Of a DNA stretch of 64,000 bases, positions 29,721 through 39,218 are shown piece after piece. The DNA lies in contig JAVHQC010000006.1 of the NCBI GenBank assembly GCA_036170915.1, forward strand, positions 160,001-224,000, in the 5' to 3' direction. The position numbers and the translations under genes are program-made. Numbering within the stretch: position 1 is the first letter of the stretch; the number at the start of each line of letters is the position of its first letter. The stretch comes from Cyanobacteria bacterium auto_48_18. Lineage in GTDB: Bacteria > Cyanobacteriota > Vampirovibrionia > Obscuribacterales > Obscuribacteraceae. The notes beneath the pieces are model-generated. The model was not told the origin of the DNA. It ran no database searches and saw nothing but the letters and a program-made list of their open reading frames with translations.

Positions 29721-31172
29721 GTGCAACTAGAGCAAGAGCTTTTAGCCAGGCTGAATGAGGCTCTAGCTGTCACTATCGGCATTCATTTTGAAGCCGATAG
29801 ATTACCTTTTTTGCAAAAAGCATTGATCTTGGCCGGTTCTGAGATGGGGTATAACGATGCCGCACAAGCCCGGGAGCTGGCCGAGAAAGTCTGCAGACAG
29901 TCGGCTACCGCTGAAGAATTGGGTGCTCTGGCAAGGCACCTGACGGTAGGTGAGACGTATTTCTTTCGTGATGCGAAAGTTTTTACTGAACTCGAGACTG
30001 TCTTGGCCGAATTGCTGGCCAAGCAGTGGCACAAAGACCGTGTGTTGAGAATTTGGAGTGCGGGGTGCTGCACCGGCGAAGAAGCATATTCGTTAGCTAT
30101 GTTGATCACCACCTTGCTTTCTGGTGATGGCAAATTTGGCTCATTGAGCCAATGGCAAATTGAAATTTATGCAAGCGATATTAATCGAGATTTTTTAAAA
30201 AAGGCCGAAAGTGGTGTTTATAGCGCCTGGTCATTCCGCGGGGCGGATGGTGACGACCAAATTAAAGCAAAATTTTTCACAGCCTTAGCTGACGGCTCTT
30301 TTGTGATTAATGAGGCGATCAAAAAGATGGTGACGTTTTCATATCTTAATTTGGCAGATGATTATGCTTATCTTGATGTCTTGTGCTGTGAGCCACTGAA
30401 TCTGGTGCTTTGTCGCAACGTTCTGATTTATTTTGCCCCCAGCGTTGCCGGCGCCGTCTTAAGCCGTTTGAGTGCAGCTCTGGCTGCGGAAGATGGCTTT
30501 CTACTCCTGGCTCCCTCCGATCTTCCAGCTGCAGGCACCATTGCTCATTTGCGGCAGAGTCCAAAGTCTGCTTTACCGTTATTTGAACGGGCGGCTTTAA
30601 CCAAAACAGTGGAGAAGACAAACAATAGGCCTCAGCTTGATGCTGAGAAATATGAGTTGGAGTACGCTAGAAAATTGCTTCGTCAGGGTGAGTACCAAAG
30701 CTGCGAACGGGTAATCAATAAAGCGGTAAAGAGCTTATCACTCGGGGCTCGGCGGCGCTTAGACAACACCTTACAGCAAAAGTTTTTAGAGCTAAAAGTC
30801 AATTTGCTCATGAGCTGTGGGCGCCTTGACGAAGCGAGTCGCGAGGCATCGCTGTTGGTGGCGCTCAATGACCGGTATCAGTATTTGTATTTGTTGGCAG
30901 TGGTTTTGCAAGAGAAGGGTGAACTCCTGCCTGCCGAAGAATTGTTGCTGCAAGTACTGCAGAAAAAAGCTGATTTTTGCGCTGCTTTACTGATGTATTC
31001 GTCATTGTTGCGGCAAAGGGGCGAGAAAAAATACGCCGCTGAACAGTTGATCAAATTGCGCTCAATTCTATTAAAATTGCCTGCAGACGAATTGGTGGAG
31101 TACACAGGCGACCTTTCAGTCAAAGAATTGCTCAGTACCGTCGATAACCTGCTAGGTGAAGTTGATGAATAG
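29721..31172 (+). CDS. cheR: Chemotaxis methyltransferase CheR with C-terminal TPR-like region (WspC-like)
   Basis: LTVGETYFFRD, IWSAGCCTGEEAYS, CRNVLIYF; helical TPR-like tail. Confidence 0.92.
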   Translation: MQLEQELLARLNEALAVTIGIHFEADRLPFLQKALILAGSEMGYNDAAQARELAEKVCRQSATAEELGALARHLTVGETYFFRDAKVFTELETVLAELLAKQWHKDRVLRIWSAGCCTGEEAYSLAMLITTLLSGDGKFGSLSQWQIEIYASDINRDFLKKAESGVYSAWSFRGADGDDQIKAKFFTALADGSFVINEAIKKMVTFSYLNLADDYAYLDVLCCEPLNLVLCRNVLIYFAPSVAGAVLSRLSAALAAEDGFLLLAPSDLPAAGTIAHLRQSPKSALPLFERAALTKTVEKTNNRPQLDAEKYELEYARKLLRQGEYQSCERVINKAVKSLSLGARRRLDNTLQQKFLELKVNLLMSCGRLDEASREASLLVALNDRYQYLYLLAVVLQEKGELLPAEELLLQVLQKKADFCAALLMYSSLLRQRGEKKYAAEQLIKLRSILLKLPADELVEYTGDLSVKELLSTVDNLLGEVDE

Positions 31173-31692
31173 CGGCGGTGACCGTCATCTAATTAAGCAG
31201 ATTTTGCGCTCGCGGGCACGTTTGTTGGCCAGGCCGCATGTTGTTGAGCAGAGTCCTGATAAGGTTTATGACCTCGTGGAATTTTCCATTGGCACCAGGC
31301 ATTTTGCCTTTGAAGCGAAATTTGTTGATGAAGCTTTTGGTATCAAAGACGTAAGCCCCGTGCCGCAAACCAGTGAACTGGTCTTAGGCATTACCAATGT
31401 GCGCGGACAAATGGTCACGGTGATTGATTTGAATGTGTTGCTCGGGCTTAAGAGCGAACACAGCGGACCAGCGGACGGTTTAATTTTGCGATTTGGTGCC
31501 TTACGGTTGGCGGTGCGTGTTGACCACGTGCTTTCAGTCAGGCAAATCGATGCTGCTGAACTCTCCGCTAGTTTCACCGGTTTATCTGACAGATTGGCTA
31601 GCTTTTCACTTTCCCTGTCGAGCGACATGCTGATAATTCTGGATGCCAAGCGCATTTTCACTGATGCCATGATCGTTCAATTAGCCGGATAA
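31165..31692 (+). CDS. cheW: CheW-family protein (WspD-like N-terminal ILxxRAxxLA)
   Basis: VPQTSELVLGITNVRGQMVTVIDL. Confidence 0.88.
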   Translation: MNSGGDRHLIKQILRSRARLLARPHVVEQSPDKVYDLVEFSIGTRHFAFEAKFVDEAFGIKDVSPVPQTSELVLGITNVRGQMVTVIDLNVLLGLKSEHSGPADGLILRFGALRLAVRVDHVLSVRQIDAAELSASFTGLSDRLASFSLSLSSDMLIILDAKRIFTDAMIVQLAG

Positions 31693-31833
31693 AGTAATCG
31701 TATTGCCGGTAGCGAGAGGCTTTTGCAACTTGACTGATACTTGCTCTGGTATCAGCCGGTAACTTTGTTGCCACCCGGGTATAAGAAAAGGGCAGAAGAT
31801 AACTGCTGCGCGACATTCGGGGGGAATGTTTCA

Positions 31834-34266
31834 ATGTCTGATAATCGGAACCTTTCGGGTGAGCAAGTAACTGGATTTGTCGCACGCTTTGACAGTCAGG
31901 TGACTCTGCTCAAAAACGCCGTAGAAGAAGTAAGGCGTGCCTCGAATGCGGCGTCAGGTTTAGAGAGGGCCACAAGAGCTCTACTCACCGATGGTGGTGC
32001 CATTGATTTTCCATCCATTCCTGGTGTGCTCAGCCGACTGGCAAAAAATCGGCAGATGGGCGCCCTATTAACCGATGGTGGCGGTGAAGTATTGCTGGCC
32101 AATAAGAGCTTTTACGATCTTACCGGCCATCACAATGCAGATGGTGCCGAGCTTGAACTTTATTTTGAACGTGAGGGGAAACTATTCCGCAGTCTTGATT
32201 TGCCATGGCATGTGGTGCTTTCTACCGGACAGTTCCAAACTCGCAGATTGGCACTGAGTGATGGTTCAAAGGGAGAGCGCCTGCGCTGGTTGCAATTTTG
32301 CTGTCAACCCCTTTTATCTAGTGCTGGTGGTTTGGAAGGCGTGCTCACAATTGTCGCTGAAGCAACTGAAGAAATCGAAATAGAAGATCGTGTCGCTCAT
32401 GTTATTGACCTTTTAGCGCAACAGATTGTCGAGATAGAACAGCCCACCAGCAGACTTACGGCTTTGATGAACAGAGTGCGCGGGCTCGATGACTTTTTGC
32501 CGCACAAAAGCGTCTTGCCGGTTGAGTTGGTGGCGGTTGAAGATACTGTGTCTGAAGATCAGTTGCATTACCGAGCTTTACTTGATGGCACTGCTGTAGA
32601 AGCTAAAGCAAAAGGTAGAAATGGTGCTCAGAGAAAAGCGGCGCCACCTGATTTAGTGCAAGAAGTGCCGGCTCATCAAAGTGCTACAGATATATTGCAA
32701 GAAAGCATTTCGGCTGAGGCCGCTTCGGCAATTCAAGCGTTCGAGGACAGCTTCAGCATTGACCTTGATGCCAACTCGAACGTTGAGCCTATTGCTGAAT
32801 CAGCTATTGAATCAGTGACTGAATCAGAAGAATCAGATGCTGAGTCTGACGATAGTAGCGTCACTGAGCAGGAACAAGATATTTTTGCTTCACAGACTGA
32901 TTTTGCACCATTGCAAGTTACATCTGAAATTGAAGAATTGCATGAAGCAGAAGAATCTGAACCAGAATTAGATTCAGACTCAGAATTAAACTTAGAGCCA
33001 GCGCTAACTGCCGCCGCCGCAGCTGATATTGATCCTGCATCTTTGTATTTACCGACTACAGACGATGACACTCAGCTGTGGAGCGAATTTTCTGACTTTT
33101 CAGCTGAACGAATGTTGCCGGTCGATGATCTTTCGCACGATGATGACGAAAATCAAGATCTGCTCGAGCCTTTGTTAGAAGAAAAGTCGGAAGAACTATC
33201 GGAACAGCCAGAGCTAGAACCAGCACCAGAACAAGAGCTAGAACTCGAACAAGAGCCAGAACAAGAGCCAGAACCAGAGCCAGTTGTCGAATCAAGCGAA
33301 GTACAGCCTCTTACTGAAGAAGCCGTGCAAATTACTGATCAATCAACTGATGCCACTGCTTCGCTACATGCTTCAGAAGCCGAATCAGAAGTTGAATCAG
33401 GAGCTGAAGCAGAAGCTAAATCAGAAATTAGCGTCACCATATTAGAAGAACCCACATCTGCTCCTGTGCTTACACGTGCTGCAGCGGGAAAATGCGCCCT
33501 GATTGTCGATGACATTCCGGTGAACCAAAAGCTCCTTGTTTTGCAGCTGAAGCGCCTCAATTTCGCCACCGACATTGCTAATAATGGCCAGGAAGCCTTA
33601 AACCGCCTGGCAAAGTTCGACTACGATATTGTTTTCATGGATTGCGATATGCCGGTAATGAACGGCTATGATGCCACCATTGCCATTCGCAAAATCGAAA
33701 TGGAGAGTGGTCGTCATATTCCTATTGTGGCCATGACTTCATACGATCGCGATGCTGACAAAGAACGCTGTTTGGCAGCCGGTATGGACGATTATTTAAC
33801 TAAGGGAGTTAATGCCTCCTCTCTCTCTCGTGTGATCGAACGTTGTTGTGACAAGGCGAAAAAAGAAGAAGGCGATGGCGGCTTCGGCATAGACAATTCA
33901 GAAACAGAACCTTTCGATGCTGCCATCATGGCAAGCAACTATGGCAAAGAAGAGCTTAACGAGGTGGTGCGCTTGTTTCTCAGCTCAATGGAAGTCTTCG
34001 TCAATTCAATGCAGAAAGCCATTGACTCTAGAGATGGTGCTCTAGTTACATCTTTAGCAAATTCTATTAAAGGTCCATCAGCGACGCTTGGCCTGCACTT
34101 AATCACTAAAGTGACTAACGACATTTTGACTTTCTCTGAAGCTGAAGATTGGCCACAAGTGCGACTCAAATATTTGAAGCTGAAAACCGTTTATTTGCGT
34201 TCGCAAGAACAACTGCGCAAATTATGCCCTGATGTATTTACCGAAGGAGCCCACCTCTTTGGGTAA
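31834..34266 (+). CDS. PAS-like + long acidic linker + REC + Hpt-like protein (paralog of 28018..29622)
   Basis: FPSIPGVL..L...QMGA parallels FPRILKSIL...QVGA; DIVFMDCDMP receiver; ANSIKGP Hpt-like motif lacking the His; start chosen after GGGGGA SD. Confidence 0.8.
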   Translation: MSDNRNLSGEQVTGFVARFDSQVTLLKNAVEEVRRASNAASGLERATRALLTDGGAIDFPSIPGVLSRLAKNRQMGALLTDGGGEVLLANKSFYDLTGHHNADGAELELYFEREGKLFRSLDLPWHVVLSTGQFQTRRLALSDGSKGERLRWLQFCCQPLLSSAGGLEGVLTIVAEATEEIEIEDRVAHVIDLLAQQIVEIEQPTSRLTALMNRVRGLDDFLPHKSVLPVELVAVEDTVSEDQLHYRALLDGTAVEAKAKGRNGAQRKAAPPDLVQEVPAHQSATDILQESISAEAASAIQAFEDSFSIDLDANSNVEPIAESAIESVTESEESDAESDDSSVTEQEQDIFASQTDFAPLQVTSEIEELHEAEESEPELDSDSELNLEPALTAAAAADIDPASLYLPTTDDDTQLWSEFSDFSAERMLPVDDLSHDDDENQDLLEPLLEEKSEELSEQPELEPAPEQELELEQEPEQEPEPEPVVESSEVQPLTEEAVQITDQSTDATASLHASEAESEVESGAEAEAKSEISVTILEEPTSAPVLTRAAAGKCALIVDDIPVNQKLLVLQLKRLNFATDIANNGQEALNRLAKFDYDIVFMDCDMPVMNGYDATIAIRKIEMESGRHIPIVAMTSYDRDADKERCLAAGMDDYLTKGVNASSLSRVIERCCDKAKKEEGDGGFGIDNSETEPFDAAIMASNYGKEELNEVVRLFLSSMEVFVNSMQKAIDSRDGALVTSLANSIKGPSATLGLHLITKVTNDILTFSEAEDWPQVRLKYLKLKTVYLRSQEQLRKLCPDVFTEGAHLFG

Positions 34267-34271
34267 AACAG

Positions 34272-34637
34272 ATGACTGAAGGCCTTTCTACCAACGTCAA
34301 TAATGAACCTGAACCGGCCAGACTGTCTGAGCTGGAAGAACAATTTGACGTGGAGATGGCCAAAGAACTTGTGGCAGCCTATCTCGAAGACACCGAAGAC
34401 GTGCTAGATCGCATGCAGGAGGCGATTATTGATCGTGATGCCGCAGCACTCAAATCAGTTTCGCACATGCTCAAAGGCGCTTCACGAATTATCACCGCAA
34501 GCGCACTAGAATCTGCGGCCAGTGACATGGAAGAGTTGATTGCCAGTCAGAACTGGCTATTGGCCGAGTCAAAGTATGAAGCTTTGAAAGCTGTCTATAC
34601 GCGTACTGTCGACTATCTGAGGCTATATTTGCAATGA
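34272..34637 (+). CDS. Stand-alone Hpt phosphotransfer protein
   Basis: SHMLKGAS with the phospho-acceptor His intact. Confidence 0.85.
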   Translation: MTEGLSTNVNNEPEPARLSELEEQFDVEMAKELVAAYLEDTEDVLDRMQEAIIDRDAAALKSVSHMLKGASRIITASALESAASDMEELIASQNWLLAESKYEALKAVYTRTVDYLRLYLQ

Positions 34638-36574
34638 TTGGCAGTGACACTCTTGTACTAATCGCATTGGCTCTGGCTGCCATTGCACTGCTGGCAGCAG
34701 TCGTCGGTAACATTGCTTTGCGCAAGCGCATGGATGTTACTCCTGACCGTGGTCGCAATAGTAGTAGCCAACTGAACACTGATATGGCAGCTTTGAAGCG
34801 CGAAGTTGCTATGCTTAGCGATACAGTGGAGCGCTTTCGAGCTCAGAGCCTGGCGGGCATCAGCGAAAGCATTGCTGAAAAAAGCACTACCATCAAAGCC
34901 GATCTCAGTCACGAGTTGCATCGTGAATTAGAGGTTGTAACCGATGAGTTCGACAAGGCGCTTTCATCAATAGTTGAGCGACTCGACCAGAAGCAAGAAG
35001 AGCTTTCTGTGCGCATAGACAATTATAGTAGTGCCGCTTCAGCTGTAGTGGATCAAGCACCACCGGTGCAACCGCCACCGGTACAACTTCCTCCCCCACC
35101 TGACCCTCGCATCAACAACCTTATAGCCGCTTCAGTGATCGACCGCTTTCTCTCTTCACTAGAAGACGGTCAGGACAAACGCAAATGTCTGCTGGCGTCG
35201 CTCGATTCGGTGCAAGATACAGCAGTCTTATCCAAGTTGGCAGTGGCTTATCCGTCTACTAATTCGTGGCTGATTTTAAAAGAGCTGGCCGACCGAGGCG
35301 TGGTTAGCGATATTGCCGGCTGGGCGCTTGTAAGTGGTGCGGCCCTCACTGCTGCTGCCGGCCAGCATCAGCAAGCAGAAGAATTTTATCAGGCGGCCCG
35401 ACTGAGCTTTTCTGCTGCCGGGGTCGTCAATCACGAAGGCTTATATGTTATCGCTCACAGTCTTGCGCGCCTGCTTGCTCAGGGTGACAGGGCTCCTTTG
35501 GCCGATATGCTTAAACAAGAAGCTGAAACTCATTTGCGTTTTTTGATGGAAACAAAGCCTACAGCCATGGCATTACCCGCGGTGCAGTTGGCCGAGTTCT
35601 ATATTAATGAAGAACGTTTTGAAGCTGCCAGTATTTTGTTTCGTCAGATAATTGATCTGGCCAGTCAAGTCTTTCCTGATGCCATTTACAATGGCGAAAG
35701 CGCCGGCCGTCTCTGGCAGGGGTTGGCTTTCAGCCTCTCTCGTCTGGTTAACAAAACTGAACCTAGAGAATTCTTTTTATTCATTGGCGACGATACTATC
35801 GCCTTTTTGGAAAAGGCTCTGGCAGCAAAAATGCCGCTTTCTGATAGCGAGCGTCAGGCGATGCAACTTTGTTTGCTCAGACTTTGTGAGCGTGACAAAG
35901 ATTGTGCTGCTGCTCTAACTGTAGCCAAGAGTCTGCTCGATGATGGTGTCAGGCTGGCTGTTGATAGCGAGAACAAAGAAAGGTTCAATTTTGTCGCCGG
36001 CGAAATATTGTGTACTGTAGATGAATTGCAATTGAGCCGCAAAAAAGATGGTATGCCTCTTTTGAAACGGCTTGTTGGAATTTTTATGGCCGTTAATAAT
36101 CATAATAAAGCAGCCTCGGCAGGTGCCAAGCTGGTAGACGCCACCCTTGATCTATTCGGTGACGCTTCGCTTGAAACTGTGGCACCAATAAACGCTCTAG
36201 CAGAAGTGTACAAAGCTATGGGACGCTATGATCTGGCCGAAGAGTGCTATCGTCAAATTCTTGAAATTCAATATAAAGTCTATCCCGCCGAACACGAAGA
36301 AATGGTTGACGTCTTACTCAATCTGGCTCAAGTGTGCAAATTACAAAAAGACGTAGGTGAGGCCGAAATTTTCTTGGAAAGTGCAATGGAAATGTGCAGT
36401 CATGTTTTTGAAGCATCTGACGAAACCAAGTCTAATTCAGATTCTAATTCAGATCCAGATTCAAATTCAGAGTCGAAATCAGTAGCTGAAGAGATGGAAG
36501 AGTCGCAACGGCGTCGCAAGGCTTTAATGGACCGCGCTGAAGCCTTGAAAGGTCAATTATCGCACGCTCTTTAG
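34634..36574 (+). CDS. Membrane-anchored coiled-coil/TPR protein
   Basis: N-terminal TM, coiled coil, Pro-rich linker, TPRs (NALAEVYKAMGRYDLAEECY). Confidence 0.75.
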   Translation: MIGSDTLVLIALALAAIALLAAVVGNIALRKRMDVTPDRGRNSSSQLNTDMAALKREVAMLSDTVERFRAQSLAGISESIAEKSTTIKADLSHELHRELEVVTDEFDKALSSIVERLDQKQEELSVRIDNYSSAASAVVDQAPPVQPPPVQLPPPPDPRINNLIAASVIDRFLSSLEDGQDKRKCLLASLDSVQDTAVLSKLAVAYPSTNSWLILKELADRGVVSDIAGWALVSGAALTAAAGQHQQAEEFYQAARLSFSAAGVVNHEGLYVIAHSLARLLAQGDRAPLADMLKQEAETHLRFLMETKPTAMALPAVQLAEFYINEERFEAASILFRQIIDLASQVFPDAIYNGESAGRLWQGLAFSLSRLVNKTEPREFFLFIGDDTIAFLEKALAAKMPLSDSERQAMQLCLLRLCERDKDCAAALTVAKSLLDDGVRLAVDSENKERFNFVAGEILCTVDELQLSRKKDGMPLLKRLVGIFMAVNNHNKAASAGAKLVDATLDLFGDASLETVAPINALAEVYKAMGRYDLAEECYRQILEIQYKVYPAEHEEMVDVLLNLAQVCKLQKDVGEAEIFLESAMEMCSHVFEASDETKSNSDSNSDPDSNSESKSVAEEMEESQRRRKALMDRAEALKGQLSHAL

Positions 36575-36577
36575 TGC

Positions 36578-37906
36578 TTAGCTGCGGTTGACTTTCACAT
36601 TAGCAAAAAACTCATCAAAGCACTGAACCATATATTCAACTTTTTCGTCGTTGATACCAGGATAGACGCCGATGACAAAAGAATTATTCATAACTCGATC
36701 AGAATTTTCCAGTGAGCCGACTTGGCGCATATTGATGTTTTGATAGGCCGGCTGCCTGACCAGGTTTCCGCCAAATATGTGCCTGGTGGCAATTTTTTTG
36801 CTTTCCAGATGGTGCACCAGATCGGCTCGTTTAAATTTGGCTTTGTCTTTCACCGTGATTACAAAACCAAACCACGATGGGTCACTACCAGCAGTGGCGC
36901 AAGGCAAAATTAAGTCGTCTTCGTATTTGCTCAGACTTTCTTTGAGCCTGCTCCAGTTGGCCCTGCGGGCTGCGCCAAAGCCAGCGACTTTATTTAGTTG
37001 AGCTACTCCGATAGCAGCCTGCATGTCAGTCAACTTGAGGTTGTATCCGACGTGTGAATAGATGTACTTGTGATCGTAGCCAGATGGCAATGATCCTAAT
37101 TGCCAGCCGAAGCGCTTACCGCAAGTGTTGTCTTTACCAGGGTCGCAGTAACAGTCTCGTCCCCAGTCACGAAAAGATTCGACAATAATTTTAAGAATTG
37201 CATCACTGGTGACAACACAGCCGCCTTCACCCATGGTGATATGGTGCGCCGGATAGAAGCTCGAAGTAGCCAGATCGCCAAAGGTGCCAGTCAGCTGGCC
37301 GTTGTACAAACTGCCGAGAGCGTCGCAATTGTCTTCAATCAAAAAGAGATTGTGTTTTTTTGCAAATGCACAAACTGCCCCGAGGTCAAAAGGATTGCCT
37401 AAAGTGTGAGCCACTATCATTGCTCTGCTGCGTGGGCTCAGTGCTTCTTCTAAATAGTTGACGTCAATATTCATTGTGGTTAATTCCACATCTACGAATA
37501 CGGGGGTCAAATTATTCTGAATGATTGGATTGACTGTGGTGGGGAAACCGGCAGCTACGGTAATTACCTCATCTCCTGGCAACAATTGTCTGTCTTTCAA
37601 GCGTTCTGAAGTCAACGCTGAGACAGCCAATAGATTCGCCGACGAGCCCGAATTACAAAGCAAGGCATAGCGCCTGCCCAGGTAACGGGCAAATTCTTGC
37701 TCGAATTGTTTAGCGAAACGCCCCGTGGTAAGCCAGAAATCTAGCGACGAGTCCACCAGATTGACCAGCTCTTCTTCGTCAAAAATTCGGCCGGCATAAG
37801 GCACGAATGTTTTACCCGGTTCAAAGGTCTCAGCAGGCCAGTTTTCAGCATAGAAGGCGCGGGTCAGCTCTAGAATCTGCGCTCTCAATTGTTCGGATTT
37901 TGACAT
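36578..37906 (-). CDS. rfbH: CDP-4-keto-6-deoxyglucose 3-dehydratase (E1)
   Basis: [14 protein letters not shown] (His at the PLP-Lys position), RDWGRDCYC...DNTC Fe-S motif, YDHKY. Confidence 0.93.
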   Translation of the reverse strand: MSKSEQLRAQILELTRAFYAENWPAETFEPGKTFVPYAGRIFDEEELVNLVDSSLDFWLTTGRFAKQFEQEFARYLGRRYALLCNSGSSANLLAVSALTSERLKDRQLLPGDEVITVAAGFPTTVNPIIQNNLTPVFVDVELTTMNIDVNYLEEALSPRSRAMIVAHTLGNPFDLGAVCAFAKKHNLFLIEDNCDALGSLYNGQLTGTFGDLATSSFYPAHHITMGEGGCVVTSDAILKIIVESFRDWGRDCYCDPGKDNTCGKRFGWQLGSLPSGYDHKYIYSHVGYNLKLTDMQAAIGVAQLNKVAGFGAARRANWSRLKESLSKYEDDLILPCATAGSDPSWFGFVITVKDKAKFKRADLVHHLESKKIATRHIFGGNLVRQPAYQNINMRQVGSLENSDRVMNNSFVIGVYPGINDEKVEYMVQCFDEFFANVKVNRS

Positions 37907-37984
37907 CAAAGTCTCTTACTGTTGCTCGTGAAGACCGGGCCGAAGCGGCTATAATTATAGCCGCCTCTTACAATTGGATAAACC

Positions 37985-38758
37985 ATGAAAGTAGTGATTC
38001 TTGCCGGTGGTCTTGGCACAAGATTGCAGGAAGAGACCTCCGTCAAGCCTAAACCTATGGTAGAAATAGGCGGCCGACCCATGCTCTGGCATATCATGAA
38101 GCTTTATGCTTCTCATGGCTATAAAGAGTTTGTCATAGCTCTTGGATACAAGGGCGGCGTTATCAAGGACTATTTTCTCAATTATCGCCATCGCGACAGC
38201 AATCTGGTGGTCTCACTGAAGAGCGGTGATGTTACCGTAAGCCAGTGTGATGATGTCGAAGACTGGACCGTGCATTTGATTGATACCGGCCATGATGCCA
38301 TGACAGGGGGCCGTATCAAATGCGCCGCTGAGTACATTGGTGACGAGCCATTTATGGTCACATACGGTGACGGTGTAGCAGACGTCGATATCAAAAAAGT
38401 AGTTGAACATCACAAGCTATCTGGGCTTAAAGCAACGGTCACAGCAGTCAGACCACCGGCTCGCTTTGGCGCCATATATCTTGAAAATACTAAAGTAGAA
38501 CGCTTTGAAGAAAAACCGCAGACAGGAGCCGGCTGGATTAACGGCGGTTTCTTTGTGTTGGAGCCTGGGGTAAAAGATTATATAGCCGACTCTACAACTA
38601 TTTTTGAAAGAGATCCGTTGAATCGCCTTGCAAGTGAAGGGCAGCTGGCTTCGTACCAGCACCATGGCTTCTGGCAATGCATGGACACCGTGCGTGACGT
38701 TGAGCTGCTGCAAAAATTATGGAGCGAAAATCAAGCGCCGTGGAAAGTTTGGGGCTAG
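37985..38758 (+). CDS. rfbF: Glucose-1-phosphate cytidylyltransferase
   Basis: LAGGLGTRL, KPKPMVEIGG, TYGDG, INGGFF, FWQCMDT, APWKVW. Confidence 0.95.
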   Translation: MKVVILAGGLGTRLQEETSVKPKPMVEIGGRPMLWHIMKLYASHGYKEFVIALGYKGGVIKDYFLNYRHRDSNLVVSLKSGDVTVSQCDDVEDWTVHLIDTGHDAMTGGRIKCAAEYIGDEPFMVTYGDGVADVDIKKVVEHHKLSGLKATVTAVRPPARFGAIYLENTKVERFEEKPQTGAGWINGGFFVLEPGVKDYIADSTTIFERDPLNRLASEGQLASYQHHGFWQCMDTVRDVELLQKLWSENQAPWKVWG

Positions 38759-38762
38759 AGTA

Positions 38763-39218
38763 ATGAAAGAAATAGATGGAGTGCTGATTAAACCGTTAAG
38801 TCAAATTGGTGACGAACGCGGCAAAATTATGCATATGATGCGCGCCGACGACAGCGCCTTCGAAAAGTTCGGAGAGATTTACTTTTCAGTTGTTTATCCT
38901 GGTGTGATTAAAGGCTGGCATTTGCATAAAGAAATGACACTCAACTACGCATGCGTCAGCGGCAAGATCAAGCTCGTGCTTTTTGATGAGCGTGAAAGTT
39001 CACCGAGCAAGGGCGTTTTGCAAGAAATATTTCTAGGAGAAGAGAATTACAAACTGGTGCAGATTCCGCCTGGTGTCTGGAATGGCTTTAAGGGTGTGGG
39101 CATCAAAGAGGCTATAGTGGCTAATCTTGCCACCACTGCACATGACCCGCACGAGATCACGCGCATGGATCCTTTGAATAATTACATTGGTTATGACTGG
39201 TCACTGATAAATAAATGA
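38763..39218 (+). CDS. NDP-4-keto-6-deoxyhexose 3,5-(or 5-)epimerase, RmlC-like cupin
   Basis: DERG, KGWHLH, IPPGVWNGFK; start trimmed from ORF 38628. Confidence 0.85.
   Translation: MKEIDGVLIKPLSQIGDERGKIMHMMRADDSAFEKFGEIYFSVVYPGVIKGWHLHKEMTLNYACVSGKIKLVLFDERESSPSKGVLQEIFLGEENYKLVQIPPGVWNGFKGVGIKEAIVANLATTAHDPHEITRMDPLNNYIGYDWSLINK

Noticed and set aside
38628..38762. N-terminal extension of the RmlC-like ORF suggesting overlap or frameshift with rfbF
   Set aside because: ATG at 38763 directly after the rfbF stop gives a normal-length cupin
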